A DNA stretch of 59,757 nucleotides, the filler included, from Malassezia furfur (Eukaryota): assembly GCA_052055015.1 (NCBI GenBank). It is 2 parts of 2 records of this genome, joined end to end, with 100 filler letters (N's around TTAATTAATTAA, not from the genome) between each part and the next. Parts side by side here need not be neighbours in the genome. Positions count along the whole stretch, not along the records: positions 1 to 30,187 come from JBQJIT010000102.1; 1 more part is not named here. The stretch is one strand, 5' to 3'. Below, piece by piece: positions 1 through 10,496 of the stretch; positions within the stretch are counted from its first letter, which is position 1, and each line of letters begins with the position of its first letter. The notes beneath the pieces are model-generated. The model was not told where the DNA came from. It did no database searches and saw only the letters and a program-made list of their open reading frames with translations. The position numbers and the translations under genes were made by a program.

Positions 1-449
1 CCGCCGACGCGGCGATCCCGCGCACGGACGTCGAGCGCGCCGCGTCGGTCGCGCTCGGCGCGGCGGCGTCCAAGGCGTACGTCCTTGCGTCGTACGAGGA
101 GCGCGAGTGCCAGCGCCTCGTGCAGCAGATCATCGAGGCACAGCTCAAGAAGATGCAGCTCAAGATGGCGCAGTTCGAGGAGCTCGAGACGCTCCTCGAC
201 GCGGAGCGCCGCTCGATCGAGGCGGGGCGCAAGCAGCTGTACGCGGACCGCCTCGCGGTGCAGCGCCAGCTCGCGGCGGTCAACGAGCTGCTGCGCAAGG
301 CCAGCACCGCGCCGCAGGACGTGCGGCCAGACGAGGTGGCCAGCGTGCAGAGCAGCGCACAGGGCCTGCCGCAGCAGGGGCCCATCGTGCGCCAGGGGCC
401 GCCCGCGCCCGCCGCGCCGTCGAACGGCTCGCTGGGGCGCATGGAGTAG
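1..449 (+). CDS. 3' end of SWI/SNF-RSC chromatin remodeller subunit (Swi3/Rsc8/SMARCC family), partial
   Basis: Frame open from base 3: AASVALGAAASKAYVLASYEERECQRLVQQIIEAQLKKMQLKMAQFEELE, matching the SWIRM-associated C-terminal coiled coil; stop at 449. Confidence 0.88.
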   Translation, partial: ADAAIPRTDVERAASVALGAAASKAYVLASYEERECQRLVQQIIEAQLKKMQLKMAQFEELETLLDAERRSIEAGRKQLYADRLAVQRQLAAVNELLRKASTAPQDVRPDEVASVQSSAQGLPQQGPIVRQGPPAPAAPSNGSLGRME

Positions 450-523
450 CCGTCGCTCGCTGCACGGGGGTGTGGGTGTAGGGATGTGGCTACCTCGCTC
501 TATAGTACACATAGGGTGCGGCG

Positions 524-2517
524 CTAGTGCGACTTGTCCTTGGGCGACTCGGGCCGCGACCCGGCATCCGCATCTGCGTCGCGCTCGTACGGCACCGCGA
601 CGTTCGCCCACACGGCGCTCGTGCTCTCCTCGCCGCTCGTCGCATCGCGCGACGCGACCCGCCGCGCCTGCAGCTGCTCCTTGCGCTGCTCGTGCTTGCG
701 GTTCGCCACCGTGTTGCTGAACATCGGCAACAGGTAGCGCTCGTCGATCCGCTGGAACCACTGGCCGTCCTGGAAGATGAGGTTCGCGCGGTCCAGCATG
801 TGCCGCGCGCGCAGCGCCGCATCGCTCGGCGCACCGCCCTCCTCGTCGTCCAGCTCGTCGCGCGTCAGACTCCGCAGGCCGCCCGGCCCCGCAATCATCA
901 CCTGCGGCGCATCGGCCGCCGCGCCGCGGTCAGGCAGCACCTCGTTCGCGTCCTCCGGCGGGGCACTCACGTCGCGGTAGCGGCCCGACGGCGTCGCTCG
1001 CATGCGCGCCGCACCGCTCCCACGGCCCACGCGCGTCCACGGCTGCACGTCGGGGTCCTCCTCGTCGAGGTCCGCGACCGAGTCGTCGTCCTCGTCGTCT
1101 TCGACGCCCGTCTCGATCTGCAGCACCTCGAGCATCTGCGCAGTGGTCCCGCCAAACACAATCACGGTCAGCACCACCACCACCAGCACGGTGGTCTGCA
1201 GCGCACTCGCGTTCGGGCCCGACATGCCCGCACTCAGCGCAAAGCCCACGGCACCGCGCAGGCCCGCCCAGAACAGCATCAGCTGGTACTCGCGCGGGAG
1301 CTCAAACGATACCTCGGGCACACCGGCGCCCAGCGCACGCTGCCGGCGCTGCGCACGCAGCTGGGCGAGGCGGTTCAGCAGGTACGCGAGCGGGAACACG
1401 GCGCAGTAGCGCGACGCAATCACGGCCGCCAGCGTAAACAGGATGAGCAGCGGCTGGTACACGAGGTGCTCGCCCGTAAACAGGCTGAGGCCCAGGTAAA
1501 TAAAGATGAAGTTTTCCGAGAGGCTCGCGAGCGTCTGGAAAATGTACTTGGTGGTGCGCTGCGTGCGCGTCGACATGTTGTGGTACGCGTAGTGCTTGAG
1601 CGTGATGCCGCAGAACAGCAGCGACACAATCCCGCTCATCTGCACCGCGTTGCTGAAAAAGTAGCTCGTGTACGCAATCAGCATCACGATGCAGCTCTCC
1701 AGCTCAGGGTACAGCCCCAGCCGCGAGTGCTTCAGCAGCAGACTGCACGACAGGCCATACAGCACGCCCAGGATCATGCTCAGCGAAAACACGACACCGA
1801 ACAGCGCCATCCCGTGGAACACGGAGAAGAGCGTAATCTGCGTGTTCTGGAACTTGGACAGCGTCTCGAACATGACAATCGACACGGCATCGTTCAGAAT
1901 GCTCTCGCCAAAGATGATGCTGTACAGCTGAGGGTCCACACGGTACGTGTTGAAGATCGCCAGGATCGTCACGGGGTCCGTCGCACTCAGCGTGCTCCCA
2001 AAAATCAAACACTCGAGCAGCGACAGGTGCGGCGCTTCGAGCCGCAGCACCGACGCAAGCCATACCACCACACTGCGTCAGACACACACGTACCCAATCA
2101 CAATGGCACTGATGAACGTTCCGAACAGCGCAAACGTCAGAATCGTGCCAAAGTTGCGGAAAAACTTGGCCTGGCGCAGGTCGTACCCGCTCGAGAGAAT
2201 GATCGGCGGAAGCAGCACGTTCATCATGATGGTGTTGCTGAAACCCAGCATCTCACGCACGGGCTTCAGCACATTGATGCGTAGGAGGATGCCCACAAAC
2301 ATGCCTGGGCGTTAGCCTTCCACGTACCGGCAAACAGGCCCACGATCGTCTCGTGCACGGCCGTAATGCGCTTGACTTTGAGGTAGTAGCTCGTCAGGAA
2401 ACTACCGATCAGCAAAAAGAGGACCAGGAACAGGGCCAAAGAAGAGAACCATTCGTTCTCTTCTGCATCCAGGATAGGCGAAACGCCCACCCCGGGGCTC
2501 GTCGCTGTTGCGCTCAT
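524..2517 (-). CDS. NHX1: Endosomal/vacuolar Na+(K+)/H+ antiporter (CPA1 family)
   Basis: Motifs [31 protein letters not shown] at 2517. Introns 2305-2327 (23 nt) and 2073-2093 (21 nt) join the three ORF-track fragments in frame. Confidence 0.95.
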
Positions 2518-2568
2518 TTCCACCGTCGTTGGTCCGCGGGGCTCGGAAAGCAGTGCGCCTCCACATCC

Positions 2569-3106
2569 ATGGCCGAGATTGGCCAGAAAACGACGCAGCT
2601 GCATGCCCTCGAGCAGGCATGCGCGGTGCGCCGCGCGATCCTCGCCGCGTACGTCGCTTGCTCACCCTAGTGCCGAAAGCTCGTTCGCGGTGATCACGGA
2701 ACTCCAACGCTCGGCGCCGCAGCAGGGCGAGGATACGGCCAAGGATGCGCCTACGAACGACGCGCGTGCCCTGCTCCGCGAGCGCGACGACCTCGCATTT
2801 GACGTGCTCACCACGCAGCGCGAGCTCGAAACCATGCGCGAAGAGAGCCAGAAACTCGAGGACGAAATTCAGCGTACGTCGTCCGCTGACGTAGACCTTC
2901 GCGCACGGGCCGTGTCGACGATGCACGACCTCCGCGACACCCAATCGACTCCGCAGCACGACCCGACTACGCGCCAGCGAGAATTGCTGCGTGGCGTGAT
3001 TCTCGTACGTGTTGCGCTGACACAGGGTTTGGCGTTGCGGTCAGATGCGCCGTGGTACGAAGACCCGGAGTTGACCGATTTGGTCCTCTCGATGGACGGC
3101 CCTTGA
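2569..3106 (+). CDS. Putative kinetochore protein, CENP-H/Fta3/Mcm16-like
   Basis: ATG 2569; introns 2649-2670, 2874-2894, 3005-3025. Coiled-coil body ending LRGVILGLALRSDAPWYEDPELTDLVLSMD, resembling the CENP-H C-terminal motif (LILGSxVxWAEDPxLxxxVL). Confidence 0.7.
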
Positions 3107-3421
3107 CCGTGAGCAAGGGCAAGGAGGAACACGATGAGAAACTTATGCGGCACATGCTTTTGGGCCGCGACTGCCGCGCACAGGTGCGGTGCCATCATGT
3201 CCCAGGCGGCATCAACCTCTGCCTCCCATGTAGATATATTTGATACCCAACGCTGCCCAAGGAGCTACGTGGTGCACAGCCCTTCTACGCATGTACATGC
3301 GAGCTAGCCAGCAGTGTAGCGCGAGAGCCGCTAGGCCTTCCCCCCTCGGCCTGCATGGCACCGGCGGCGCTGCCTCCGCACGCGCCGCGGCTGCGATGCC
3401 TCCACATTCGTATCTTCCACG

Positions 3422-5399
3422 ATGCTGGACCAGTTCGTGATCCTGTCCAAATGTACGCACGCGCCGGCTCACCGCAGCGGGATCCATCCTATGGTCCAAA
3501 TCGTTCACACCGTCCCCCTCCAACTTGGATGTTGTGAACCAGGTGATCCGCGGGACGTTCCTTGAAGAGCGCACTGCGCAGCAAAAAGTGGACGTCGGTG
3601 CATGCACCGTGAAGTGGTCGTTTGCCAACTCGCTCGACCTCGTGTTCCTCGTACGTGGCCTTCTGACCCAGGCGGTGTATCAGCGTATTCTGCAACTTAC
3701 CTACGTCGATGCCTTCCTCGAATCGGTCCAGGCGGCCTTTACCCAGCGCTATGCCCCTATGCTCAAGACGCTTCCTTCCTGTACCACATCGCCCGACACC
3801 CTGCGTGCGTACGCAGACAGCATGAACGAGTGGGCGACGCAGTTCCAGCAGCTCCTGCGCCAGGCTGAGCACGGTGCGCCGCGCCGCGCCGCACTGGAGG
3901 AACAGACCCCCAACCTGCCGAGCCCCAGCACCGAGACGCCGTCGCCGGGCGGCGCCGCTAAGAAGCTGCCGCCCACCCGGCTGGGACCCAAAGCGGTGGC
4001 CGGCCCCGGCGGCCAGCGGATTGTCTCGAAAGGGAAAAAGGGCAAGAACACCGGTGCCGCGCCATCCACTCCGCCGGCAGCGACGCCTGAGCCCAAGAAG
4101 GCCGGCAAGGAGCGCCGCAAGTGGGGTGCTGACGGCCAGGCCATGGAGACGAGCGACGAGAGTGCGCTCGACTTTAGCTCTGCGGCGCCCAAGGCCGACG
4201 ACTCGGTCAATCTCTCGCAATGGATCGACGAGTCCAAGCTCGGCAAGACGCGCGACGATGGGCTGTACGAGATTGCCGACGACGACGGCACGGCGCCGCC
4301 CGCGGACGACGACGCCGCGCTTGGTTTCCTGGGCAATTTGCGCACCAAGGCCGGCGGCTTCTCCATGACGCGCCTGCTCGGCGGCAAAGACGCGCTGACC
4401 GAGGCGGATCTGGCGCCGGTGGTGCAGGCGATGCAGGTGCATCTCCAGTCGAAGAACGTGGCGAACGACGTGGCTGCACTAATCTGTGACGGTGTGCAGC
4501 GCCGCCTGGTGGGCAAGCGGCTCTCGACGTTTGGCAGCGTCAAGGCCGAGGTGCGCAAGTCGCTCGAAGAGTCCATCACGCGGATCCTCACGCCAAGCAC
4601 CTCGACGGATATCCTGCTGGAGATTGCCAGCAAGAAGCAGCGCCGTGCCGAGCTGCTGAACACTGTGCCCGGCGCAGCATCGCGCAACGCGCGCACCGTG
4701 TCCCCGGCGCTCAACCCCTACTCTATATGCTTTGTCGGCGTCAACGGTGTGGGCAAGTCGACCAACCTCGCCAAGGTGTGCTTCTGGTTGCTACAGAACC
4801 GGTACCGTGTGCTGATTGCGGCATGCGACACGTTCCGCAGCGGTGCTGTGGAGCAGCTGCGCACGCATGTGCGGAACCTGGGCCAGCTCGAGATCGACGG
4901 GCGGCCCGTCGCGGCCGGCGACGAGCAGGGCGCGCCGCGGCTCGAGCTGTACGAGCGTGGGTACGGCAAGGACGCGGCCGGTATCGCCAAGGATGCGCTG
5001 GCGCATGCGCGGCAGCAAGGCTTTGACGTGGTGCTGATCGACACCGCTGGGCGGATGCAGGACAACGAGCCGCTGATGCGTGCGCTGGCGAAGCTGATTG
5101 CGGTCAATTCGCCGGACAAGGTGCTGTTTGTCGGCGAGGCGCTCGTCGGGAACGAGGCGGTGGACCAGCTGACCAAGTTCAACCGCGCGCTCAAGGACTA
5201 CAGTGGCGTGTCGAACCCCCGTGGGCTGGACGGGTGCCTGCTGACCAAGTGGGACACGGTCGACGACAAGGTCGGCACGGCGCTGACCTCGACGTGGGCG
5301 ACGGGCCTGCCCATCTTTTTTGTGGGCACCGGGCAGACGTACACGGACCTGCGCCAGCTGCGCGTGCACCACGTAGTCAACGCGCTGTTGCGTGAGTAG
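3422..5399 (+). CDS. SRP101: Signal recognition particle receptor alpha subunit
   Basis: Longin N-terminus MLDQFVILSKSGSILWSK; SRP GTPase motifs GVNGVGKST, DTFRSGA, DTAGR, TKWD. Introns 3453-3477 and 3651-3671. Confidence 0.97.
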
Positions 5400-5461
5400 G
5401 CAAATATGGTATGTGCATTTCGGTGGTGGTCTATCTCTAGGCCGGCGCCTCGGCGGCAGCG

Positions 5462-6622
5462 TCAGCCGCGCGACTCGAACAGCACTTCGGCACGGCCCAA
5501 CGGCTGCGGCGTGTAACGGTGCGACCCCAGCTGGCCGGCCGCGTGCTGCAGCGAGTGTGGCACAGGCGTGTTGCCTGCAAAGGTATCGTCCAGTGTCGAA
5601 GTGGGCAGGTCGAACGAGCCGTTCGGCCGCTCGGCAAGGTAGAGCCGCCGCAGCGCGTCCTCGGCCGCACGGAACTCGGCCATGCGGATCGAGCTGCCGG
5701 TGCCCTCCCCGAGCTTGACCGCACCACTGTACACGCCCACAACGAACACGGGCGAGATGCTTTTGCGGCCCGTCTCGGCCAGCAGACGGCTCTGCGGCGC
5801 GGGCTTCTTGTATTTTTTGCAGGTGGCAGACAGCACACGCTTCGGGTCCTGGAACTTGATCAGGCTCGCCAGGTCCAGGCGGCGCGAGAGCAGCTGGCTC
5901 TGCACAAAGCCGCGCGCGGCCGCCATGCCGAGCTCCTGGAAGACGACGGCGACCATGGCGCGCATCGACTGCGCGGCGACGTCCTTGCTCAGGAGCGGCG
6001 CCGCCGACGGCGCGTGCGACTTGGGCGCGTCGCGCTGGATGACCGCGGCGCCTGTCCGGTCCCACCGCTGGACACCCTGCGCGAGGATGCCGAGATCAGC
6101 GCCGACATCCGCCAGGGTGCTCGGCCCGACGTAGGCGCTGACAAACGCCTTGAGCACCCGTGTGGGGAGGTGCGGGTACTTGAGATGGAAGTGCTCCGAG
6201 GCAATGAGCCCGAGCAATGCGTTGCCGAGCGTCGCGAGCTGTGCGTTGTGCGCCACGTCCTCGCGCAGCTCCGGCACCTGCTGCCGTGCCTCGGTCGAGA
6301 GCGGGAGGTCGGCCGCGGCCGCCTGCACACGCAGCACGCTCGGGTGCGTGCACGCGGTGCGCACCAGCTCCATCCTCCGTGCGCGCTCGGCCATCCCGAG
6401 CGACGCAGGCAACAAGTGGAAGCGTGCGCCGACGGCGGCGACGGCCGACGGCACCTGGGCGCGCAGCGACGCCCACACCTGGGGGTGCGTGCGCGCGAGC
6501 TCCGGAAGGTGCCCCGCAGGTCCCGTACCGGTCATCATCCACTCGGCGCTGTTCGCCGCCGGCGTCGCATTGCGCCAGACGCTCGCCGTGCTAAACGCCC
6601 GCCGCAGAATCCCTCCTCGCAT
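5462..6622 (-). CDS. MRPL3: Mitochondrial large ribosomal subunit protein mL44 (RNase III-like plus dsRBD)
   Basis: Arg-rich presequence MRGGILRRAFST; degenerate RNase III motif HNAQLATLGNALL; dsRBD SRLLAETGR...FVVGVYSG...LGEGTGSSIRMAE. Confidence 0.9.
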   Translation of the reverse strand: MRGGILRRAFSTASVWRNATPAANSAEWMMTGTGPAGHLPELARTHPQVWASLRAQVPSAVAAVGARFHLLPASLGMAERARRMELVRTACTHPSVLRVQAAAADLPLSTEARQQVPELREDVAHNAQLATLGNALLGLIASEHFHLKYPHLPTRVLKAFVSAYVGPSTLADVGADLGILAQGVQRWDRTGAAVIQRDAPKSHAPSAAPLLSKDVAAQSMRAMVAVVFQELGMAAARGFVQSQLLSRRLDLASLIKFQDPKRVLSATCKKYKKPAPQSRLLAETGRKSISPVFVVGVYSGAVKLGEGTGSSIRMAEFRAAEDALRRLYLAERPNGSFDLPTSTLDDTFAGNTPVPHSLQHAAGQLGSHRYTPQPLGRAEVLFESRG

Positions 6623-6652
6623 GGCGGTCAGAACGGACAGGAAGAACACGCA

Positions 6653-6670
6653 GTCACGTGGTATCACGTG
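6653..6670. promoter_or_regulatory. Tandem CACGTG (bHLH E-box) pair in the 76-bp MRPL3/LST8 divergent promoter
   Basis: gtCACGTGgtatCACGTG with cores at 6655 and 6665. Confidence 0.5.
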
Positions 6671-6698
6671 CACGGCGCGCGGCCCTCGCCCGCCCACG

Positions 6699-7865
6699 AT
6701 GGCCTCGGAGCGCCTGCTGCCGACGCGCGCGCCGGCGCAGGTGCCGGTTGCGGCCGCCAACCAAGCGTCCTTCCTCGAGACGCCCGCACAGGCAGCGGCG
6801 AACAGCGCTGAGCAGATCGACCAGGACGCCCTCTCGGTGATCCTCGTCACCGCCGGCTACGACCACACCATCCGCTTCTGGGAGGCGTGGTCGGGCGTCT
6901 GCTCGCACACCATCCAGCACCCCGACTCGCAGGTGAATCGGCTCGCCATCAGCCCCGATAAGAAGCTGCTTGCGGTTGCCGGGCACAACAACGTCCGCCT
7001 GTACGACTGCCACCCGAGCGGCGCCGTGATGGCCAGCGCGTCGAACACGACCGACGCGAATGGGCGCGGGAGCCGCGTGAACCCCGTGGCGACGTTCGAC
7101 GGGCACAGCGGGAATGTGACGTCGATCGCGTGGCACTGCGACGCCAAGTGGCTCGTCAGCGGCAGCGAGGACGGCACACTCAAGATCTGGGACACGCGCA
7201 CGTCCCGGGCGCAGCGCGTCTACGACCACCAGGGGATGGTCAACGATGTCGTCATCCACCCCAACCAGGGCGAGCTCGTGTCGTGCGACCAGAGCGGCAG
7301 CGTCAAGGTGTGGGACCTCGGCGAGAACGGGTGCAGCCACGAGCTGGTGCCCGAAGAGGACGTGCCGATCCGCTCGGTGAGCATTGCGTCCGACGGCTCG
7401 TGCCTCGTCGCGGCGAACAACAAGGGGCGCGTGTACGTGTGGCGCATCCAGGGCGGCGGCGGCTATGCGCCGGACGGTACGCCGCTGCCCGACGACGGCG
7501 ACCGCAACGAGCTGACCGACTTGCTGCCCGTGACCAAGTTCCAGGCGCACAATACCTACATCACGCGGTGTGCGCTGAGCCCCGACGCGCGCTACCTCGC
7601 GACATGCTCCGCAGACACCACCGTGAAGATCTGGTCCACGGCGAACCTCAAGTTCGACCTCGATAAGACGCTCGTGGGCCACCAGCGGTGGGTGTGGGAC
7701 GTGGCGTTCAGCGCAGACAGTGCCTACCTGGTGACCGCCTCGTCGGACCACGTCGCGCGGCTCTGGGAGCTGTCGAGCGGCGAGACGATGCGGCAGTACA
7801 ACGGCCACCACCGCGCGGCGATCTGCGTTGCGCTCAACGATGCGAGTTTGGATGTGGGATTGTAG
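6699..7865 (+). CDS. LST8: TOR complex subunit LST8 (WD40)
   Basis: SVILVTAGYDHTIRFWEAWSGVCS, HPNQGELVSCDQ, GHQRWVWDVAFSADSAYLVTASSDH; intronless; ATG 6699. Confidence 0.97.
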   Translation: MASERLLPTRAPAQVPVAAANQASFLETPAQAAANSAEQIDQDALSVILVTAGYDHTIRFWEAWSGVCSHTIQHPDSQVNRLAISPDKKLLAVAGHNNVRLYDCHPSGAVMASASNTTDANGRGSRVNPVATFDGHSGNVTSIAWHCDAKWLVSGSEDGTLKIWDTRTSRAQRVYDHQGMVNDVVIHPNQGELVSCDQSGSVKVWDLGENGCSHELVPEEDVPIRSVSIASDGSCLVAANNKGRVYVWRIQGGGGYAPDGTPLPDDGDRNELTDLLPVTKFQAHNTYITRCALSPDARYLATCSADTTVKIWSTANLKFDLDKTLVGHQRWVWDVAFSADSAYLVTASSDHVARLWELSSGETMRQYNGHHRAAICVALNDASLDVGL

Positions 7866-7874
7866 CTGTATACC

Positions 7875-10415
7875 CTAGTAAATGTTCCAGTGCTTCCGCC
7901 ACTTGAGCCCGGGCCAGTTGGCGATGTCGCCCGACATGCCGAACGACACCGCACGGAACCACCAAAAGACGGCGACGAGCAGCGTGCCGAGGCCGATAAA
8001 CGTCAGGTTCTTGGTGCGCTCCGAGAGCGGCGTGCCGCGGCACGGCGCGTTGGCCGCCTCGCTCAGCTCGACGCCCGCCTTGCCGCCCGCGAGGTTGCCC
8101 GTGCGCAGGAAGTAGCCCAGGTCGAAGCGGTACCGCGCCGTCGCATCGTTCCACAAAAAGTGGTCCAGCACGTGCGCAAACACGATCACAGCAAAGTACA
8201 GCGTCGGGAGGTAGTGGTGGATGTACGTCACGCGGCCCATCACCAGGAACGGCAGGTAGTGCAGCACCCACCCAATCAGCCCGACCTTGACGCCGAACAA
8301 GAAGTCGTCCCACGCACGCGGGCCCAGGTCGAAGATGCGGCGCTGCCGGCGCAGCACATACCACACCACCAGGCCCACCACCACGTGCAGCGACAGCGTA
8401 CTGCCCCACCACACAAACGGATTGCCGATCAGATAGTACTTGTCCTGGTCCGCGCCCCAGCCGTTCATGCGCATCCCGCGCCACATCCACGGCCACTCGA
8501 GCGGCTTGGACGCCAGCGAGTCGCTCTTGTCCGCGTCGGGGACCAGCGCATTGTTCGAGATCATCATCGCGACGTTGAGGTGCACAAAGTCCTTCAGGAA
8601 GGGCGAGCGGAAGTGCTCCTTGGACGTCGTCTCCAGGCGGTCGTTCCAGTGGTTCTCGACGTTCCAGTGCGTAAACTCGTCGTTCGGGTTGTCGTGCGGG
8701 TCGCACGCCACCTCGATCTGCTTCCAGCCCCAGTCGGGCAGCACCACGTGCCCGGCGCGCAAATAGCACCCAAGCTGCTGGTTCTTGAAGCGCAGGCGCG
8801 ACGTCAGCGTGCGCACCGGCGAGCCAGGGTGGCCCTGGCCCAGCTGCATGTCGTCCAGCACCTCGACGATCCAGTAGTCGTTGTGCAGACCCTCCTCGAG
8901 CGAGCCGGCGCCCGACACTTCGTAGTGGTCCTTGCTGACGGGCGCCTTGAACTCTTTGTGCGCACGCAGGTTCTTGCCCGTCTCGTGGTGGTAGAAGCGG
9001 AACACATCGCCGCTCTTGAGCATGCGCGGCGGCGGCACGTTGGTATCGTTCGGACCGGGCAGTGCAGGCTCCTCGTACAGCGGCTCGATGATAAACTCAT
9101 TGTTCGTGTCCTTGTAGTGGTAGCACGTCACTTGCTGCTCACCACTGCCCTCGGGGTAGGTCTGGATGTGCGAGTGGAGCAGGCCGCCGCCGTAGCCCAT
9201 GTTCTTAAACGTCATCTTGCTGCCGTACGCCGCCTCGAGGGGGTACTCGGACAGCTCGCTGCCCTGCAGGTTGCTCTGGAACAGCGAGCTCATCTGCGCA
9301 TCGCCCGGGCCCGTCTTGTACAGGATGGCAAAGTGCAGCTTGAAGCTCAGCATGTAAATCGCCAGCGGCACCACAATCAGCGCCAGAATGCGCGCGCACC
9401 AGTGGCGCAGGTAGGTGCGCACCGGCATCTTGAGGTCGCCAAACTTGTTCCACAGGTCCTCCATCGTGTACAGGCCGACGAGCGACGTCGCAAACAGGCC
9501 CACCATCTTGACACTCGACACACACCCGATCGACGCGCCGGTGAAAAAGAGCCAGAGCCACCACGGTTTCGTAAACGGCTGGTCCTGCAGACGGTGGAAA
9601 CGCACCAGGCCCAGCACGACACACAGCGTGAACAGAAGCAGCATCGAGTCCAGCAGAATGAAGCGCGAGATCGTCAGCCAGCCATTGTCGAGCAGCACCA
9701 TCAGCGTAAACAGGTGCTTGGTGCGCCAATTCCAGTGCATCGATTGCGCGGTGAGGTAGGCCACCGGCACCATCAGAATCCCATAGACCGCCATCAAAAT
9801 GCGCATGCGGATGAACGGTACCTCCTTCGGATAGTCGTGTCCAGATTCAAACTCAAAGTTGCCGTCAAAACCACTCAGCACACCCGCCAGGCTCACCAGG
9901 ATCTTGCCCAGCGGGGGATGCACGTCAAAGTAGAACATATGGCGGATGTAGTACGAGCCAAACTTGCCAAAGTGCGCCTCGTCCCATACCACCTTGTGGT
10001 TGCTGCCGATCCGATACAGACGCGTAATGACCGACAGCAGCGTATATACCGCCAGCATCACGCGGTCGTCCTGCAGGTACGACTGGATCTTTTCCCAGGG
10101 CGTCATCGGCGGACGCTGCACGGGGATAAGACTGGCGTACTTGGACACGCGCGACGAGCGCATATCTGCCTTCTCGTCTTTTTCGTGCATACCTGGCACC
10201 CCACCAGAGGGGCTTCGTCGGTGCATGGGCAGCAATCCGGGGCCTTCGCTGACGCTTTCTGGGTCTAGTAAACCTCCCGCGCGGTCTGAACGCTCGGGGC
10301 TTGTTTCAATAGACAGTGCGTGTGCGTATGAACCCGTCTGCCGACTGTGCAGCTGAGACGATTGCCCTGCAGTACTGGTGTGGATGGGCTCTTGAGCGTG
10401 TCCACGAATGGACAT
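7875..10415 (-). CDS. PMT2: Dolichyl-phosphate-mannose:protein O-mannosyltransferase, PMT2 subfamily
   Basis: VVWDEAHFGKFGSYY, FDVHPPLGK, GPGDAQMSSLFQSNL, MIR domains, YIHHYLP. Start uncertain; 10415 chosen over the ORF-track ATG at 10634. Confidence 0.92.
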   Translation of the reverse strand: MSIRGHAQEPIHTSTAGQSSQLHSRQTGSYAHALSIETSPERSDRAGGLLDPESVSEGPGLLPMHRRSPSGGVPGMHEKDEKADMRSSRVSKYASLIPVQRPPMTPWEKIQSYLQDDRVMLAVYTLLSVITRLYRIGSNHKVVWDEAHFGKFGSYYIRHMFYFDVHPPLGKILVSLAGVLSGFDGNFEFESGHDYPKEVPFIRMRILMAVYGILMVPVAYLTAQSMHWNWRTKHLFTLMVLLDNGWLTISRFILLDSMLLLFTLCVVLGLVRFHRLQDQPFTKPWWLWLFFTGASIGCVSSVKMVGLFATSLVGLYTMEDLWNKFGDLKMPVRTYLRHWCARILALIVVPLAIYMLSFKLHFAILYKTGPGDAQMSSLFQSNLQGSELSEYPLEAAYGSKMTFKNMGYGGGLLHSHIQTYPEGSGEQQVTCYHYKDTNNEFIIEPLYEEPALPGPNDTNVPPPRMLKSGDVFRFYHHETGKNLRAHKEFKAPVSKDHYEVSGAGSLEEGLHNDYWIVEVLDDMQLGQGHPGSPVRTLTSRLRFKNQQLGCYLRAGHVVLPDWGWKQIEVACDPHDNPNDEFTHWNVENHWNDRLETTSKEHFRSPFLKDFVHLNVAMMISNNALVPDADKSDSLASKPLEWPWMWRGMRMNGWGADQDKYYLIGNPFVWWGSTLSLHVVVGLVVWYVLRRQRRIFDLGPRAWDDFLFGVKVGLIGWVLHYLPFLVMGRVTYIHHYLPTLYFAVIVFAHVLDHFLWNDATARYRFDLGYFLRTGNLAGGKAGVELSEAANAPCRGTPLSERTKNLTFIGLGTLLVAVFWWFRAVSFGMSGDIANWPGLKWRKHWNIY

Positions 10416-10496
10416 CCCGAGGCAACTGCTTACACCGTCCGTCTGGCAAGAAGGCGCGGAGACCTCCACTGTGTAGATCGACTCCACGTTCCAGGG

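Noticed and set aside
527..2284. Long antisense or alternate-frame ORFs (e.g. 527-2284, 7890-10268, 18012-19871, 25251-26567, 35729-37801, 54574-56484)
   Set aside because: Shadows of real genes caused by high GC3 and stop-codon scarcity; no recognisable motifs.
6150..6850. Apparent head-to-head overlap of MRPL3 and LST8 ORFs; similar N-terminal extensions of YCG1, AIM22, ARB1 and SDS22
   Set aside because: ORF-track extensions to upstream alternative starts; homology-consistent ATGs leave short non-overlapping promoters.
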